Shown here: in pieces, positions 9,574-22,635 of the stretch | How positions within the stretch are numbered: the first letter of the stretch is position 1 | Layout of the letters: each line of letters begins with the position of its first letter | NCBI RefSeq assembly: GCF_011745625.1 | Contig: NW_027191453.1 | Location: forward strand, 558,001-622,000 | From: Cladosporium halotolerans | Taxonomy: Eukaryota | Direction of reading: 5' to 3' | Length of the DNA stretch: 64,000 bases | Program-made: the position numbers and the translations under genes | The notes under the pieces: generated by a model | What the model was told of the DNA's origin: nothing | The model's database searches: none | Seen by the model: the letters and a program-made list of their open reading frames with translations, nothing else

Positions 9574-12015
9574 ATGTCTGCCGAAACGAGCGAGGAAAAC
9601 ATTGAGAATCTTATGAGCTTCACGGGATGTTCAAGGGAAACCGCGAGCCGCTACTTGAAGGTGAAGAAGGATGTCGAGCGTGCCATGAACGCGATTCTGG
9701 ACAACGAGGACATTTCCAAAGAAGAGTCGGAATCGCAATGGGATGAGAGCGCCTGGTCAGCTGATAGGGACAATGCGAACACAGGCGATCGAAATCTGAG
9801 GCCGCTCGGGACTGGCACGAGCACAGCGCCCACGAGGGTGCCGTCGCCCGCAGGGAACCTGAGAGCTCCAACGAACAAGGACCAGGAGGACGCTGAGTTT
9901 GCGCAAGCTCTGGCGGCTAGTCAGCAGGACCTTTCGACGGCGTTTCCGCAGCAAGAGTCAGGCGTTGTTGGTGCGGATGGCACATCGAGACAGACCTTCG
10001 GACCGGCTACCAGGGACCAGTATGACAAGAGCAGTTGGGCTATGGTACCCGTGTCGCAGAACGCGAGCAGCGAGATCGTGCCGGATGTGGAACCTGAACA
10101 GAGGAAGAACATGGACGGAGAACCGCGGTTTCTTAAGCATCTGCCTTCTGGAGACTACCTGCCAAACTTCCTAACGATCGGACATTCGATCCCTGCGGTG
10201 AAAGAGGCCTTGCTTCTGAAAGACTACACTATGGCACAATATGGAACAGATGCTGAATGGTGGAGAGGAAATCCGATCGCACTGCCAAAGATTGTACACA
10301 CAGCTGGTGGAGAGCCGGCGGATCCTGAGATCGACAAATACGACGGCTTCATTGCCGAGACGCAGAGATTGATGGCCGTACTTGATGCTAGTCAAAGATC
10401 TTATGCCAGCGCGATTGTGTTGACACAAACGGAACTGCTCCAAGTGGGCTATGATTCGAATCTGGTAGAAGCCTTCATCAAGAGATTTATACAAGCGGCG
10501 GGGGCACGATGTGGGAAAGAGTTCGAGATGCGATCCTTGTTCTCTACAGAGATTGGTACTACCTCACCTGAAGGTATGCAGACGCCGTATCTCGAGGTGT
10601 TCGATCTACCTGTCACGACGACCGGTGAAGATAAGCTTGGACTCATGGAAATACTGGACGGTTTGCTCTGGGATACCACTTCTGAGAATGCAGCAGTCAA
10701 TGACAACTTCATCTGTCAGGGCTCTGATATCCTCGTCATGTGTGCCAAGCAAACCAACTCAGCGGCTGAGAAGCTTCAACTTGACGTGCCACCTACCCTC
10801 TTCATCGACAAGTACCTGGAGGGAAACATTCAATTTTCAAAGCCTGCACGCTTGGAGATACTAGAACAAAGACAGCGGCTTGCGAAGATCAGCGAAATCG
10901 AGAAGAGGCTCACGAAATGGCAGCATCCGCAGAAATCCACCGAAGAGCTGGATGCAAAGGCTATGCTACTACACACGCTCGGCCACTTCTCCGGCAAGAA
11001 CATGGTAGACGCGACCAACGCGGATAGAGAAAATGGCATTCTAGTAAACGGGTCCAGTGGCTTCGAACAGCCACACTACGCAGAACTAGCGAGCAAACTA
11101 GAGGCGATTGTCTCGAGCGTCGACAAGAAGCTTGAGAGACTCGCGGAACAAAAAGAGGCGATCCAGAAGAACATATCCAAGGTTTCCAACTCTCCACCGC
11201 CTCAGCTGGCAGAGAAGGGCCTCAAAGAGCGCTACACTCTGATGGGCGTGGCGACTAAGCCCAGCATTACTTATGTCCTCCAACCCGAGGAAGAAGACGA
11301 AGATGATGACCACATGTCGACCGACAACGACGACGATGATGGCACACCAGACGGCATGCAATGGTGGCGGATCGAGTATGCCGCCAACAGCTCACACCCT
11401 CAAATTCTCAAAACCAAAGTTCCCGGCTATACCGTCCTCCACGCCGCCGAGGCCGAACACACTTCTGCTCTCCTCGTGTACGCCAGCGACCGCGCCGTAG
11501 ACGACTCCAACTTCGAAGCAACTCTCCCACCAGCCCTCCAGCAGTTTGTCAAAGAAGACGACGCCCACTTCGCAACAGAGCTGCAAGACGCCACCGTCTC
11601 TCGCCCACCACCAGCCTACGACTACCCCTACGACAGCGAAGTCCCCCGCCAATCAATCGAGCCCGGCGCCAACGCCAGCCGCCGCGCGAGCATCGATAGC
11701 ACGTGCGCGCAAGGCGGCAGCCCAGACGTGGGCCCTTCGTACCACGAGCGAGGCTCCTTCGACCAGCACCACGCCTTCGGCCTGCCGCCGGAAGTCGGCG
11801 CAGGCCAGCACGCGGAGCACAGGGAGGACCCGGAGGTCACGGAGATCCACCTCTCGCCGCCGCAGGAGGACGAGCCTGGCGCGCAGCACCAGGAGATGGT
11901 GGAGACGCCGCACGCGCCGTTTCTCGCCGGCCTGCCGCAGCAGAGGAAGGGCGAGGTTGATGCGAAGATGGAGGATGTGCGGGATGATGAGGGCGATGGC
12001 GGGGCGAGGCAGTAG
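9574..12015 (+). CDS. UBA + ubiquitin-interacting-motif protein (Rup1-like)
   Basis: Likely start accATGtct at 9574; N-terminal UBA-like IENLMSFTGCSRETASRYL...VERAMN; UIM-like EDAEFAQALAASQ; late YTLMGVAT and ALLVYAS. Intronless. Confidence 0.75.
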   Translation: MSAETSEENIENLMSFTGCSRETASRYLKVKKDVERAMNAILDNEDISKEESESQWDESAWSADRDNANTGDRNLRPLGTGTSTAPTRVPSPAGNLRAPTNKDQEDAEFAQALAASQQDLSTAFPQQESGVVGADGTSRQTFGPATRDQYDKSSWAMVPVSQNASSEIVPDVEPEQRKNMDGEPRFLKHLPSGDYLPNFLTIGHSIPAVKEALLLKDYTMAQYGTDAEWWRGNPIALPKIVHTAGGEPADPEIDKYDGFIAETQRLMAVLDASQRSYASAIVLTQTELLQVGYDSNLVEAFIKRFIQAAGARCGKEFEMRSLFSTEIGTTSPEGMQTPYLEVFDLPVTTTGEDKLGLMEILDGLLWDTTSENAAVNDNFICQGSDILVMCAKQTNSAAEKLQLDVPPTLFIDKYLEGNIQFSKPARLEILEQRQRLAKISEIEKRLTKWQHPQKSTEELDAKAMLLHTLGHFSGKNMVDATNADRENGILVNGSSGFEQPHYAELASKLEAIVSSVDKKLERLAEQKEAIQKNISKVSNSPPPQLAEKGLKERYTLMGVATKPSITYVLQPEEEDEDDDHMSTDNDDDDGTPDGMQWWRIEYAANSSHPQILKTKVPGYTVLHAAEAEHTSALLVYASDRAVDDSNFEATLPPALQQFVKEDDAHFATELQDATVSRPPPAYDYPYDSEVPRQSIEPGANASRRASIDSTCAQGGSPDVGPSYHERGSFDQHHAFGLPPEVGAGQHAEHREDPEVTEIHLSPPQEDEPGAQHQEMVETPHAPFLAGLPQQRKGEVDAKMEDVRDDEGDGGARQ

Positions 12016-14417
12016 GGGCGGTGGGTCTGGCAGGAGAGCAGAGTATGGGGTAATGGAATCTGGGGATTTGGTAATGAAGGGGTAATGAATATTGAATGCG
12101 CAGGGCGACCCGGTGTCCTTTATACTAGTGCTGCTGATGCAGAGTCATGGGATGTGTGCACAGTAATTCCTCGCCCCGTGGGGCTAGTTATTTAATCGCG
12201 CGGGTGCTAGGTTGTATTGCCCCGTGGAGAAGGTCAAGGCCTGCCGTGTTCGTTGTGCTGGAATAATGATCGATCGACAAGCTTTATGCACACCGGGTGC
12301 CCACCAAGCTTGTCCGCAATGTTCGGCCTTTGCAATGATTGCTCGAGCTGTGGTGAGGTCTGGTTTGAGCCCACGAGGCTTTTCCGCCTCAGGCGGTAGC
12401 TGCACGGGGAGCTACCTTATGAGCGCAGGCACGTCGCATGTTTGATTAGGTAGGACAATGCAAGTTCATTCGTCAGAGCACGAGACTTCTCGTCACCCTG
12501 CCCCCAGGATGGATTATCCAGCAAACATGTACCCGGCGGTCTACCAGCGAGAAGACTTTCATGGGTCCGCATTCTGGACCATGCCGGGCTGCGTGACGTC
12601 CTAGGCATGAAGCGCTCGATCACGAGCTTCACTCGCGCCTAGGGCGTGGAATCGGATAGCGGCGTGCGCGTAAAGACGCATGAATCGGGCCTAAGGCGCA
12701 GTCGCCGGAATAATACGCGAGTGCAAGCCAGTGGCTATATTCCGGCGGTCACCACACCGATACGCGTTGCCGCGAAGGATTCAACCCTTAGATAGCGAGA
12801 GGCTGGGAGCAAGAGTTCGCTATTCACGCAGTCGTTGGGCTGATAAGAAGGCGTATCTTCGTTGCGACTACATGCATGCATTGACTTGATGCTGGTAGGA
12901 CCTATCTTTGAGCAGTCGGCACTGACCTTTCGCGACAGAGTGTGACGATCCCCGAGAGGATGAAACGCGCGACCACCAAGCTAACTTCATAACGCAGGCG
13001 CTGCCGTACGGACACCTCGTGGTTCGTCTGGCTTGGTTTCGTGATCAGCACGAGTCGGGAGCAACGCGAGTGCTTACGCGGATACATGGTCGAGTTGGCT
13101 TCGAGAAAGCCTATGCGATAGGTCATCTTTGTCGCGTAGGTTTGATCGTGCAACAGCTACTAGCTACTTCAAGTTGAAGCTTGCTCTGAAGCTTAACCTG
13201 GAAAAAGCTTCGGGTTATCGAGGGCTCCTGTGAAGGGAATGGTCGGAAGTTGTATAGGATCGGTCGCATAATGTGCTGGAAGCACCTGCTACTGCTAGCC
13301 CGAGCAGCCTGCATTTCAGACCCCAAAGCACATGTCGCCCGCGAGGAACCTCTACGAAGGCTAGATAGATCGGTTCGAATAGTTCGATGACAAAGATGGA
13401 ACGCCTCATTTGCACCTCATACCCGTCTACCACGCTGGAGGAGTCACCGGTGACTGCATAAGGAAGATCTCCCGGCTCGAATGTAAGCAAGGATGACTTC
13501 ACTTGCAACCGCAGCAGAGCCGCACGGATGAATCGGGAAGCGCTCAGAATGCAGGGACAAGCAACGGCGCCGGGCGTGGTTGCATCGGGCACGGCTGCAT
13601 GGGGAAACAGTTTGACGATTTTTTGACAGCAAAGATCCCCCGGAGCTTATCGCATCCACTGCACCCTTTGGCCGGTAGCGTAAGAACGGCAGATGTGCGC
13701 TCGGACGTCGCCACGCCCGCACAATTTGGCCAGGGCCTGCGACCAGCGACAGGCTTGGCCATGGCCAGACGAAGATAAGACAAGGCGAGACTAAACGCGG
13801 CTCGCGAGCAGCGGGTTTGCTCGGAGTGGCGGCAGTAAGCATAATTCTGGGCAAAGCTTGCGTGCGGTGCTTCCAAGGGTTCCGGGTGCTTCGCAGCCGC
13901 ATTTGAAGATCCTGCGCCCCCATCGTCATAGCCTGCGACTTCACGTTGCCAGCGATCGTCGTCCGTACTATCAACCATCACGCGTTTCCTCCACACCAGG
14001 CGTCCAGCGAGCCTGCATCATGCCTCCGCGCTTTCTGGAACACCGGGACTGCAGTGCGTGCGGGTGGAGCACGCACTGTGACCGCAAAGGCCTCTGCCCT
14101 CGTTGACATTATGTAAAATCCCAAAGTTTCGCCGCCAACGGCTAGGTTCGACCCGGCTTCGAATTTCCTGGCGTCACTCACCATGTGTCAAAGCAACTCT
14201 GGTTGGCCTGGACAGTGGGCCTGCCGGTGAGGGCCGAGTCCACCTCCGCCGCACTGCAAGAGTCCATTTGAACGCTCGTGGCCCTCGTGGTTTCCTCGAA
14301 CGTTTCGAACCATCTCACGCGACACCCACCCAAACGCTTTCATACACCCTCGGGCTTGCACTTTTCTCTTGGGCTTCGCCTTCGCCCTTTGCCTCGCATC
14401 CCGACCACAGACCCAAC

Positions 14418-15878
14418 ATGTCGACATACCCTGATCGCGTCGTCCAGGCGCCGGGTCCTTTGACCGAATCTAAGGGCTATGACCACGACATCGAGTCTGC
14501 GCCGTCGTCGCACAACCAGTCGAAGGAGGGAAGCAAGGCTGGCTCCGGCATTGAGAAATATGGAGGTGGAGGCGACCTCGACCGCTCGACAACGGTCCAC
14601 GAGGGAGAGCAAAGATACAACCGCCTGGGTTGGATGAAGCTCACGACACTGTTGATCGTGGAGGCCATTGCTCTGGGATCGTTGAGTGTACCCAGCGCCT
14701 TCGCATCAGTGGGTATGGTCGCCGGTGTGCTGCTGTGCGTTGGCCTCGGTCTCATTGCCATCTACACATCGTACGTGATCGGCCAGGTCAAGATGAAGTA
14801 CCCTCACATCGAGCATTACGCAGATGCGGTCAAGCTCATTTGGGGGCGATTCGGGTACGAGTTGACCGGTGCTATGTTTGCGGTCTTCCTCGTTCTCCTG
14901 GTTGGATCGCACACGCTCACCGGCACGATCGCGTTCATCAGAATCGTTGACGACCCTACGATCTGTGCGCTCGTCTGGGGTGTGATCTCTGCGATCATTC
15001 TTTTCGTCCTGGCTGTCCCTCCCAGCTTCTCCGAGTTCGCCATTCTCGGGTACATCGACTTTGCGTCGATCATCATCGCGATTGGCATTACCATTATTGC
15101 CACTGGCATCAACGCAACCAACTCCGACGTCCCTGTCAACTGGTCTGCGTGGCCGCCAGCGGACATGACCCTCCAGTCTGCTTTCCTGTCGACCACCAAC
15201 ATCATCTTCGCCTACTCTTTCGCTGTGTGCCAATTCAGCTTCATGTCTGAGATGCACACACCTTCCGACTACGTCAAGTCGATTTGGTCTCTTGGCCTGA
15301 TCGAGATCTTCATCTACACCCTGACCGGCGCTCTGATCTACCGCTTTGTCGGTACCGACGTCAGCAGCCCTGCCCTGCTCTCTGCCGGATTTAAGGTCTC
15401 TCGCATCGCATTCGGAATCGCGCTCCCTGTGATCTTTATCTCGGGATCCATCAACAGCGTTGTTGTCGGCCGCTACATCATCACGCGTGCCTTCCCTAAC
15501 AACCCGATCAGATACACCAACACCAAGGCTGGTTGGGCTGTCTGGCTTGTGATGATTGTGGCAATTACCGTCATCGCCTGGGTTATCGCCGAGGCAATTC
15601 CGTTCTTCAACGCCCTGCTCGGTCTGATCTCCAGTCTGTTCATCTCGGGCTTCACCTTCTACTTCCCTGCCCTCTTCTGGTTCCAGCTGGTCAGGGAGGG
15701 TAAGTGGAACGCCTCGGCCAAGAACATCGCTCTGTCCGTCCTCAACGCGGCCGTGTTCTGTATCGGCCTCGCCATCCTGGGTCTCGGTACCTGGGCTTCG
15801 GTTGTGGACATCAAGGACTCGTACTCCGCTGGCGAGGTGCGCAGCCCTTTCACTTGCTCAGCCGAGTCTTACGCTTAA
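14418..15878 (+). CDS. mtr: Aa_trans (AAAP) neutral amino acid permease, Mtr-like
   Basis: RLGWMKLTTLLIVEAIALGSLSVPSAFASVG and FAYSFAVCQFSFMSEMHTP, about 11 hydrophobic segments; ATG at 14418. Confidence 0.92.
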   Translation: MSTYPDRVVQAPGPLTESKGYDHDIESAPSSHNQSKEGSKAGSGIEKYGGGGDLDRSTTVHEGEQRYNRLGWMKLTTLLIVEAIALGSLSVPSAFASVGMVAGVLLCVGLGLIAIYTSYVIGQVKMKYPHIEHYADAVKLIWGRFGYELTGAMFAVFLVLLVGSHTLTGTIAFIRIVDDPTICALVWGVISAIILFVLAVPPSFSEFAILGYIDFASIIIAIGITIIATGINATNSDVPVNWSAWPPADMTLQSAFLSTTNIIFAYSFAVCQFSFMSEMHTPSDYVKSIWSLGLIEIFIYTLTGALIYRFVGTDVSSPALLSAGFKVSRIAFGIALPVIFISGSINSVVVGRYIITRAFPNNPIRYTNTKAGWAVWLVMIVAITVIAWVIAEAIPFFNALLGLISSLFISGFTFYFPALFWFQLVREGKWNASAKNIALSVLNAAVFCIGLAILGLGTWASVVDIKDSYSAGEVRSPFTCSAESYA

Positions 15879-17292
15879 GCGGACTGGCCTGCCTGTGTTG
15901 TTAGCGAGTTTTGACGGCGAGTTTTCCATTTTCCGGTATTTTTGCGATGTTTTACGAGAAAGATCTACGATATTTTGTTAGAGATTGATAGATGAAAGAA
16001 CCAAACGAATCTCTTACGACATCTACTTGGCCTTCAATCCCTCTAATTCATTACCCATTCACATGCTGTCCTGGGTCCGGGCTCGGGCTCGTTGGTGAAG
16101 GTCGACCTGAAGGTTGTAGAAGAATGTGACGTTTTGCAGTGAAAAGCTGATCCCAAGAAATTCAACGTAGCGTATGACATTAGGACAATCGATATGCAAA
16201 TTAGGTGCACCCAACTGGACACATGAGGTGCGACTAGGCTGATATATGTATGGGTGCGCCCTTCCACTACATGGGTCCACTTTTAGAACCGGCGCGTTCG
16301 GAGCCAGCACGCTCCATTACCCCGACGGAAACAAGGTAACGTTATTATTTGACGAACATGGGACCAATGATCGGAGCTTTAGAGACCCAAGGCACGTCTC
16401 GCAGAGACGACTGGTCGAGCCCGGGTTTACGGAGTCCAACGCCCTTTGGTTGGAGGTGGCGATCCGGTGAAGGTGAACGTTGCGCGATTGGAAGCTGACG
16501 AGGTCTCTGCACCAAACATCGGATGGACGGAGTGGCCCAGAATCTGTTGCTTGTTGGAAGCTTTCGGAGTACGCGATTCCGCACGCAGACTGCATCATTC
16601 CTGCTTACGCAAGGTATGATCGTGCTGTAGAATGGCTTCGGAGTAGCCGGAGTGCTGGGGGGCGCTGGGCTTATGTAGGGCAGCGCATCCCGAGATCCGT
16701 CGGATTCTACTCTATTTGTTCTGAACAGAATATGCAAGTGAAGCGGTGAATCATTGGTCTCCGGAACGATCGAGTCTTTGGTGCGTGGAGTGCAGACTTG
16801 GATTGGCTTGCAATGTTGCCCACGACCGTGCGAGGCGGCTTGTGATTTCGCGGCGTGTTGCTGGCAGACTCCAAGGACAAATAGCCATCGAGCGACAAGC
16901 AACCTTACCGACAGCTGCTGATATTGAGAATGGAGAGAGATAGCATGGTCCTCGCAGCTTAATTGTTATTCCTGCCTTTATCGCCTTGTCACGTGCTCGT
17001 TTGCCCAAGCGAAACCTTTCCCACGACTTTATTCACGGCGTCTCCAGCTCGCGCTGAGTGGCCGGTGGCCTTACGGCCTGAGACTTTGGAACCTAACATC
17101 TCCTTTCGCAGTTTTGCACACGCGAGTACAGCCTTGCTCACGACACGCCATCAACAACATACTGCCAGCACATCGGCTTCGCCGCACCCGCTGTGGTATA
17201 TTTCGGAGTCATCGGCGCTCTGAACTCACATCCATGAGGTAGTGCTGCCATCGGCGCATACCGCGCATGCCATCGCCCGCCTGCTCATTCAA

Positions 17293-19670
17293 ATGACCGC
17301 CGCTACGACTCCCTCGCTTCCGGTCCCTTCGTTCGACAAGGGCAAGATGGAGGATCGCAAGCGCTCTTTGGCGCCCGATGCTGATGACTCGATACCGCGC
17401 TCAAAGCGCATCAAAGAGGAGAATGGCGCGCCGCGCATGAGCGCCGAGAATGAAGCAGCTGTCGAGGTAAGCCTGCTCTTACTTCGTGCGCACTGCTCTT
17501 CAGACCTTTTGCTGACCTCCACACTTTGCAGGCCTACCAGAAGGACGCTATATTGCGTCAGATGAATGAATACAAGCGCGAGCAGAAACACTGGCAGAAA
17601 GAGTACACCGAGCTCAACAAGAAGCTCACGTACCACGATGACCACCTCCGCACGATCGACGCTTGGTTCTCTCAACTACTCGACGAAGTCCGCATTCTCG
17701 CGGCCGATGCCTTGCCCACACCTCCTCCCAGTGCGACATCAGAATCCGGTATGAATACCTTGAACATCAAATATCTGGAATATGTGTGCTAAGAGATAGT
17801 TTAGGTGGCGAAATCTTCAACTCCGCCCTCGAATTCTCCGACAATGAGACTTTTTCGGCACACCTCTCCAAGCGCTCTCAAAAAATCAAAGATGCGATCA
17901 CGGACATTTACGGCCGTGTCCCTACGGCTTCGCCAGAATCTGTCAAGCTGCAATCGCAGCTGGCCTCTGCGCTAGCCAAAGAAAAGGCTGCGATCGCAGA
18001 ATGCCAGAGCCTTGTTTCAGAGAAAGAACAGTTGACGGAACGTCTGGAAACCGCATCATACCGCTATCTTAAGGCAGAGAAGGCAGTGGAAAGAGCCAAA
18101 AGCCTCCAGGTGCAGAAGCTTGAACGCCAGGCAATGCTAGGAGGCAATGGCGAGGCCTCTCCAAGCACGAGTAAGCGCGCCGGGACGCCCATCAAGCACG
18201 AGCCAAATGGCGAGGTTGAAAATGGCGTGGCGGCGGGTGAAAGTGACATTGCTCGGAGGGAGGCGCTTGCCGTGGCTGAACAGCGCAAGAAACAGCTTGA
18301 GGAACTGGAGACTGAAAATAATCGCCTAACTAATGAGCTTTCTGCGGCGCGAACAAAGGTTGCCAGTCTCACCGATGAGGATTATGCTGAGACAGCTTTG
18401 TTCAAAACCTTCAAATCTCAGCATGACGATGTCATCAAGCGCATCAATGATCTCGAAGCGACTAACGTGCAGTTGCGCGAGGAAGCACAGAAATTCCAGG
18501 CCGAAAGAACGCAACACCGAGTTCACGTTGATGAGGATAACCGCGCACAAACCAGCGAGAACGAGAGTATGATTGCTCGCATCGAGGTCGATTTAGCACG
18601 CATCAGAAACTCTCGGGATGAGCTTATGTCAGAGCTCGCGATTCGCAAGAGCGCAGACGAGGAGAAGCGTGTGTCTTTTGAGCAAGCCAAGGAGCTCACG
18701 GCGGCGAAGGAAATCAGGATAACAGCACTGGAGTCTGAAGTCGAACGCTTGAAGCTTCAAATTGGCGAATCAAAGGCACATGAGTGCAACTACGACGACT
18801 TGGATGCTGAGGCTTTGAAAGCGAAACTTAGCACTCTCGAGAACCAATACAATCTGCTCAGCCAAGAGCTCCCGTCTATGGAAACCGCTTGGAAGAAGAC
18901 TCAGGCTTTGGCTGCGAAACGAGTTGCGGAAGTTGCCAATTCCGAGGATATAGTGCTCAGATTGAGTGCTGAGAAATCCAAAGCAGAGCAGAAGTACTTT
19001 GCGGCAATGAAAGCTAAGGACTCGAAGGAGGCAGAATTGCGTGTGCTGAAGTCGCAGAACGCACGTTCCAGTGAGATCGTCAGCCAGCTCAAAGATGCAG
19101 ACAGCAAGACGAAAGAACTTGTCATTTCCCTGGAGCGTCAGATCGCCGAGGCGAAGGACGGTTTGACCAAGCTTGAGCAGCAGCACCGCAGTGCTGAACA
19201 GAAGCACAAGGAAGCCTCCACACTTACCGAAGGCCTGAAGAAACAGGTCGAGGAATTGAACAAATTGGCAACTGCCAAGGACAAAGAGTGTCTCGCTGCT
19301 ACGAAAGGCCGCAGAGAAGCAGAAGAGTCGCTGGAGCAGCTGAAGATTCGCCTGGACGACACTAAGAAATCGTTTGAGAACCTGCGCAAAGCGAAAGCCA
19401 CAGTCAACAATTCCAGCGCGGAAGATTGGAGGGTAAGTCGGATGCTCTCAACGTATCATCTGTGACTGAATTTCCGCTAACATTTGTCCACAGCAACTCG
19501 CTATCTGCCCGGTCTGCACATCGAACATCCGCAACACTGTCATCAAGCTTTGTGGCCACGTCTTCTGCTCCTCTTGTGTCAAAGACCTGATCTCAAACCG
19601 CTCTCGCAAGTGTCCAAGCTGCGGAAAATCATTTGGCTCAGGCGACTCCATGAGCATCGTCCTTACGTAG
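17293..19670 (+). CDS. BRE1: E3 ubiquitin ligase Bre1 (H2B monoubiquitination)
   Basis: MEDRKR N-terminus, AYQKDAILRQMNEYKRE, long coiled coil and C-terminal C3HC4 RING CPVC...CGHVFCSSC...RSRKCPSC. Introns 17467-17531, 17749-17804 and 19433-19493. Confidence 0.96.
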
Positions 19671-20330
19671 CCGTCCATTGCCATGAGCAATTCGGCTCAC
19701 GAAATTTACAGTACTCACGTGGAGCGGGCAGACTATCGGAGTTGCGCTGCTCGCCCTCCATCATTGCGCCATTGCGAGATCCATCTGCCATTCTATTTGG
19801 CTCAACAGACCGCGATTATCTGCTTTGCCCCGCCGTTTGACGGCAAGCGCTGGGACATAGAGGGCTCCCAGGCACGGGACTCCAGGCTTCATTGCGGGAG
19901 CATTGAGGGAGCGAGTCAGCGAGGTGCTTCTGGGGTGTATGAGGCGTGAAGGCAAAGGAAGGAGGATACACCGAAGCGTTGAATCTGCCGACTCCATGTC
20001 GCAACCTGTACTTTGTAACACTAATTGAGTTGGCCGCGGAAAGGAGGATAGTTGCGGTACGACTGAGAGCAGTAGCGACGAATTCCAAACTCTATAAAAG
20101 CAGCATGTCCGTCCGTGTTATTGTGTCACCTGCATTGTGACTTCTATCTGCCCTCCCCGTAAAGTCAATTGCCACCTCTTCGTAAATCGAAATCCGCATG
20201 GACGGACGTCATGGGTCTCACACTCGGCGAGCACAAGCACACGCCGAGCCACCGCATCTAGGGCCTAGACTTCATCGTGGCGGGAACATCACCCAACAAT
20301 TGAGCAACATCGATCTGAAATCACAGCAAC

Positions 20331-22021
20331 ATGAAGCAACGCATCACATATATCCAGCCCGAGGGCACATTCATCGACCGCAACAGTATACACGTCAATC
20401 CGGATTCAGTCGTGTACACCAATGCTGGCAGCGCTGCTTTGGAGAAGCGGCTGACGTTGGGCTTGGACGACCTGCCGCCTGAGGTACCCTTGCCCATGTC
20501 GATTTCAATATTGATCATGGCGATTGACTGCGCATCACCAGGTCGCCAAAGTGCTAGAGCAATGCCACGAAGTACGCATCCGCTGGGCTGCACCCGCCGA
20601 CCACGCGATCCCGGCACCGTTCGTCTCTAGGGTCCCATCCGGCCTCCACGTCTTCTTCACGCCACTCAAGTCAGGCGAAGAAGTCAACATCTGCCCGCTG
20701 ATCCAAACGCTCTTCGGCGAAGAATTGAAATGCCACTACACGCTCGAGAGCTTCAGCCGGCCGCCGCTGCGTTCGGAGACTTTCGCGTCCGCCGCCAGCT
20801 ACCAGTACTTCCACGTCCTCCCGGATCTCAGTGTTTTCCGAGAGTATCTTCACGACAATGCATGTCGGTCAGACCTCAAGGCCAGGCTCGCTTGCGAGGA
20901 TGAGGCACAGTTCGCGGAGTACGCGGCTTCGGTCGATATAGATTTTGACACTATCAGCCGCGCTGTCAACATTGCCGCGACTTGGAGCGCGGATGTGGAT
21001 TCAGGCGAGAGACCTGGATCTGGGATCACTAACAGGGCTATCGTCAAGTTTAGAGAGAACCATAGGTATGAAGTTGGTATTCTGCAGAGCGAGAAAGCGG
21101 ACGAAATCGAGGAACTCTCGCTCGGCGGGTATCTTGCCGTGCTGGGCGAGAATGATAGTCCGAGTAAGTGCACCGTTCATAGAAACTCTAAGAAACCGCT
21201 GACAAGGATTACTAGGCGCAACCATGTTCTCGTTCCCCTCGCGCCATCATCCTCTTCCGGCCGCGCACTCGAAGCAATCGTTCGCCGCGGCTTTCCAACA
21301 CCCTACCGGCCTTCACCCCAAGCTCGATCTCACCTTCCCAGCAGCTTCTCTCAAGCCGCCTCAGCCTTCTTGCGCCCTACATGCATACCTCACCCTGCCG
21401 TCGGCGCTCTTCGTCGACCGCTACCAGTTCTCCGACGGACTCTTCCTCGAGTCGCAGAACCTCAAAGCCCTGCATGCCCTCAGCGGCGAACAAGACCTCG
21501 AAGCGCCAGACTGGATCATCAAGTCCTGGGGCTCAGCTGCGCTATTCGAGCTCTCGTACCCAGACGCCGCTGGATCAGGGAGCGAGCTCTGGACCGCTAC
21601 TATCCCGACGCACCTGCGCTACGTGAGCCCCGCGAACTCGTCCGCGTCGTCTTCTTCGCACGCTAGTCTCGATATTCCGGCTCCCATTGTTTTCTGGGCG
21701 TGCCACGCGGATGACGGGCCGAAGTTTAAGGTCAACCCGTTCGACCGTGAGAACTTGGGCTATGATGGGTTGTTCGGCACGAAGACTATGTTCTACCATG
21801 TGCCTCCGGCGCCGGTTACTGGAGATGACACTATTAGTGGAGAGGAAGGGAAGGGTCTTCTTCTGAACCTGGATGTGCCTGTGCTGGATTCGAAGGGAGC
21901 TGGATGGGTTCCCACCGCAACCATGGCTGTTGTGCTGGTCGGGTTTGCTTGGGTCTTGTTCAAGCTCGTCGGGGGTGGCGGTAAGGGTAAGGCGGCGGAG
22001 AAGAGGGCGAAGAAGGAGTAG
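20331..22021 (+). CDS. PBN1: PIG-X/Pbn1, GPI-mannosyltransferase I subunit
   Basis: MKQRITYI start, SGLHVFFTP, FSFPSRHH, PTGLHPKL, LFVDRYQ, DLEAPDW, HLRY and a C-terminal TM plus KKE. Introns 20484-20541 and 21164-21215. Confidence 0.93.
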
Positions 22022-22534
22022 ATGGGTCTGCATTTGCGAAGAAGCAAATGTCGCCGCCTCCATGAGCTCATGACGGCTGTCAGCTTAGCCCTTGAAGACG
22101 CTCAGCCGTCAAGAAAGGGCCTGGACTTGGCCCACCCCTCCATATGTGTCTATGTCCATCCCAGCAGCCAGATATCACTTCACAGAATTAAAAGAAGAGC
22201 CTGATGTAATCCAAATGTTGCTTACAATAGCATCGCCCTCCCACCCCAAGCGCGTTGAAACCCCCAAGCCGTCAGACTCCACCCTTCTCTCACGCCATTC
22301 ACTCCCTCCAACCCGCCAGACTTCACTCCTCTCCCACACCATTCACTCCCCCAAGCCGCACCTACCCGCCATCCGCTGCCTGCATGTCTCAGGCACCCAA
22401 GCCATGAGAAGTAAAACAGGCTCCCACAACAATGTGATTCCTCCCCTTCACCTCCCCGTCCTTCTCTCCTTCCTCCCCAACCCAACCCAACCCAAACCCA
22501 CCATCAACGCAACGCAACGCAACCCACTCCTCCC

Positions 22535-22535
22535 C

Positions 22536-22618
<83 letters not shown>
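22535..22618 (+). repeat. (CAA)28 trinucleotide microsatellite
   Basis: Perfect CAA run at 22535-22618, ending 17 nt before the ATG at 22636; preceded by short (CCAAC)n and (GCAAC)n runs. Confidence 0.97.
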
Positions 22619-22635
22619 AAACAACAACCACCAAA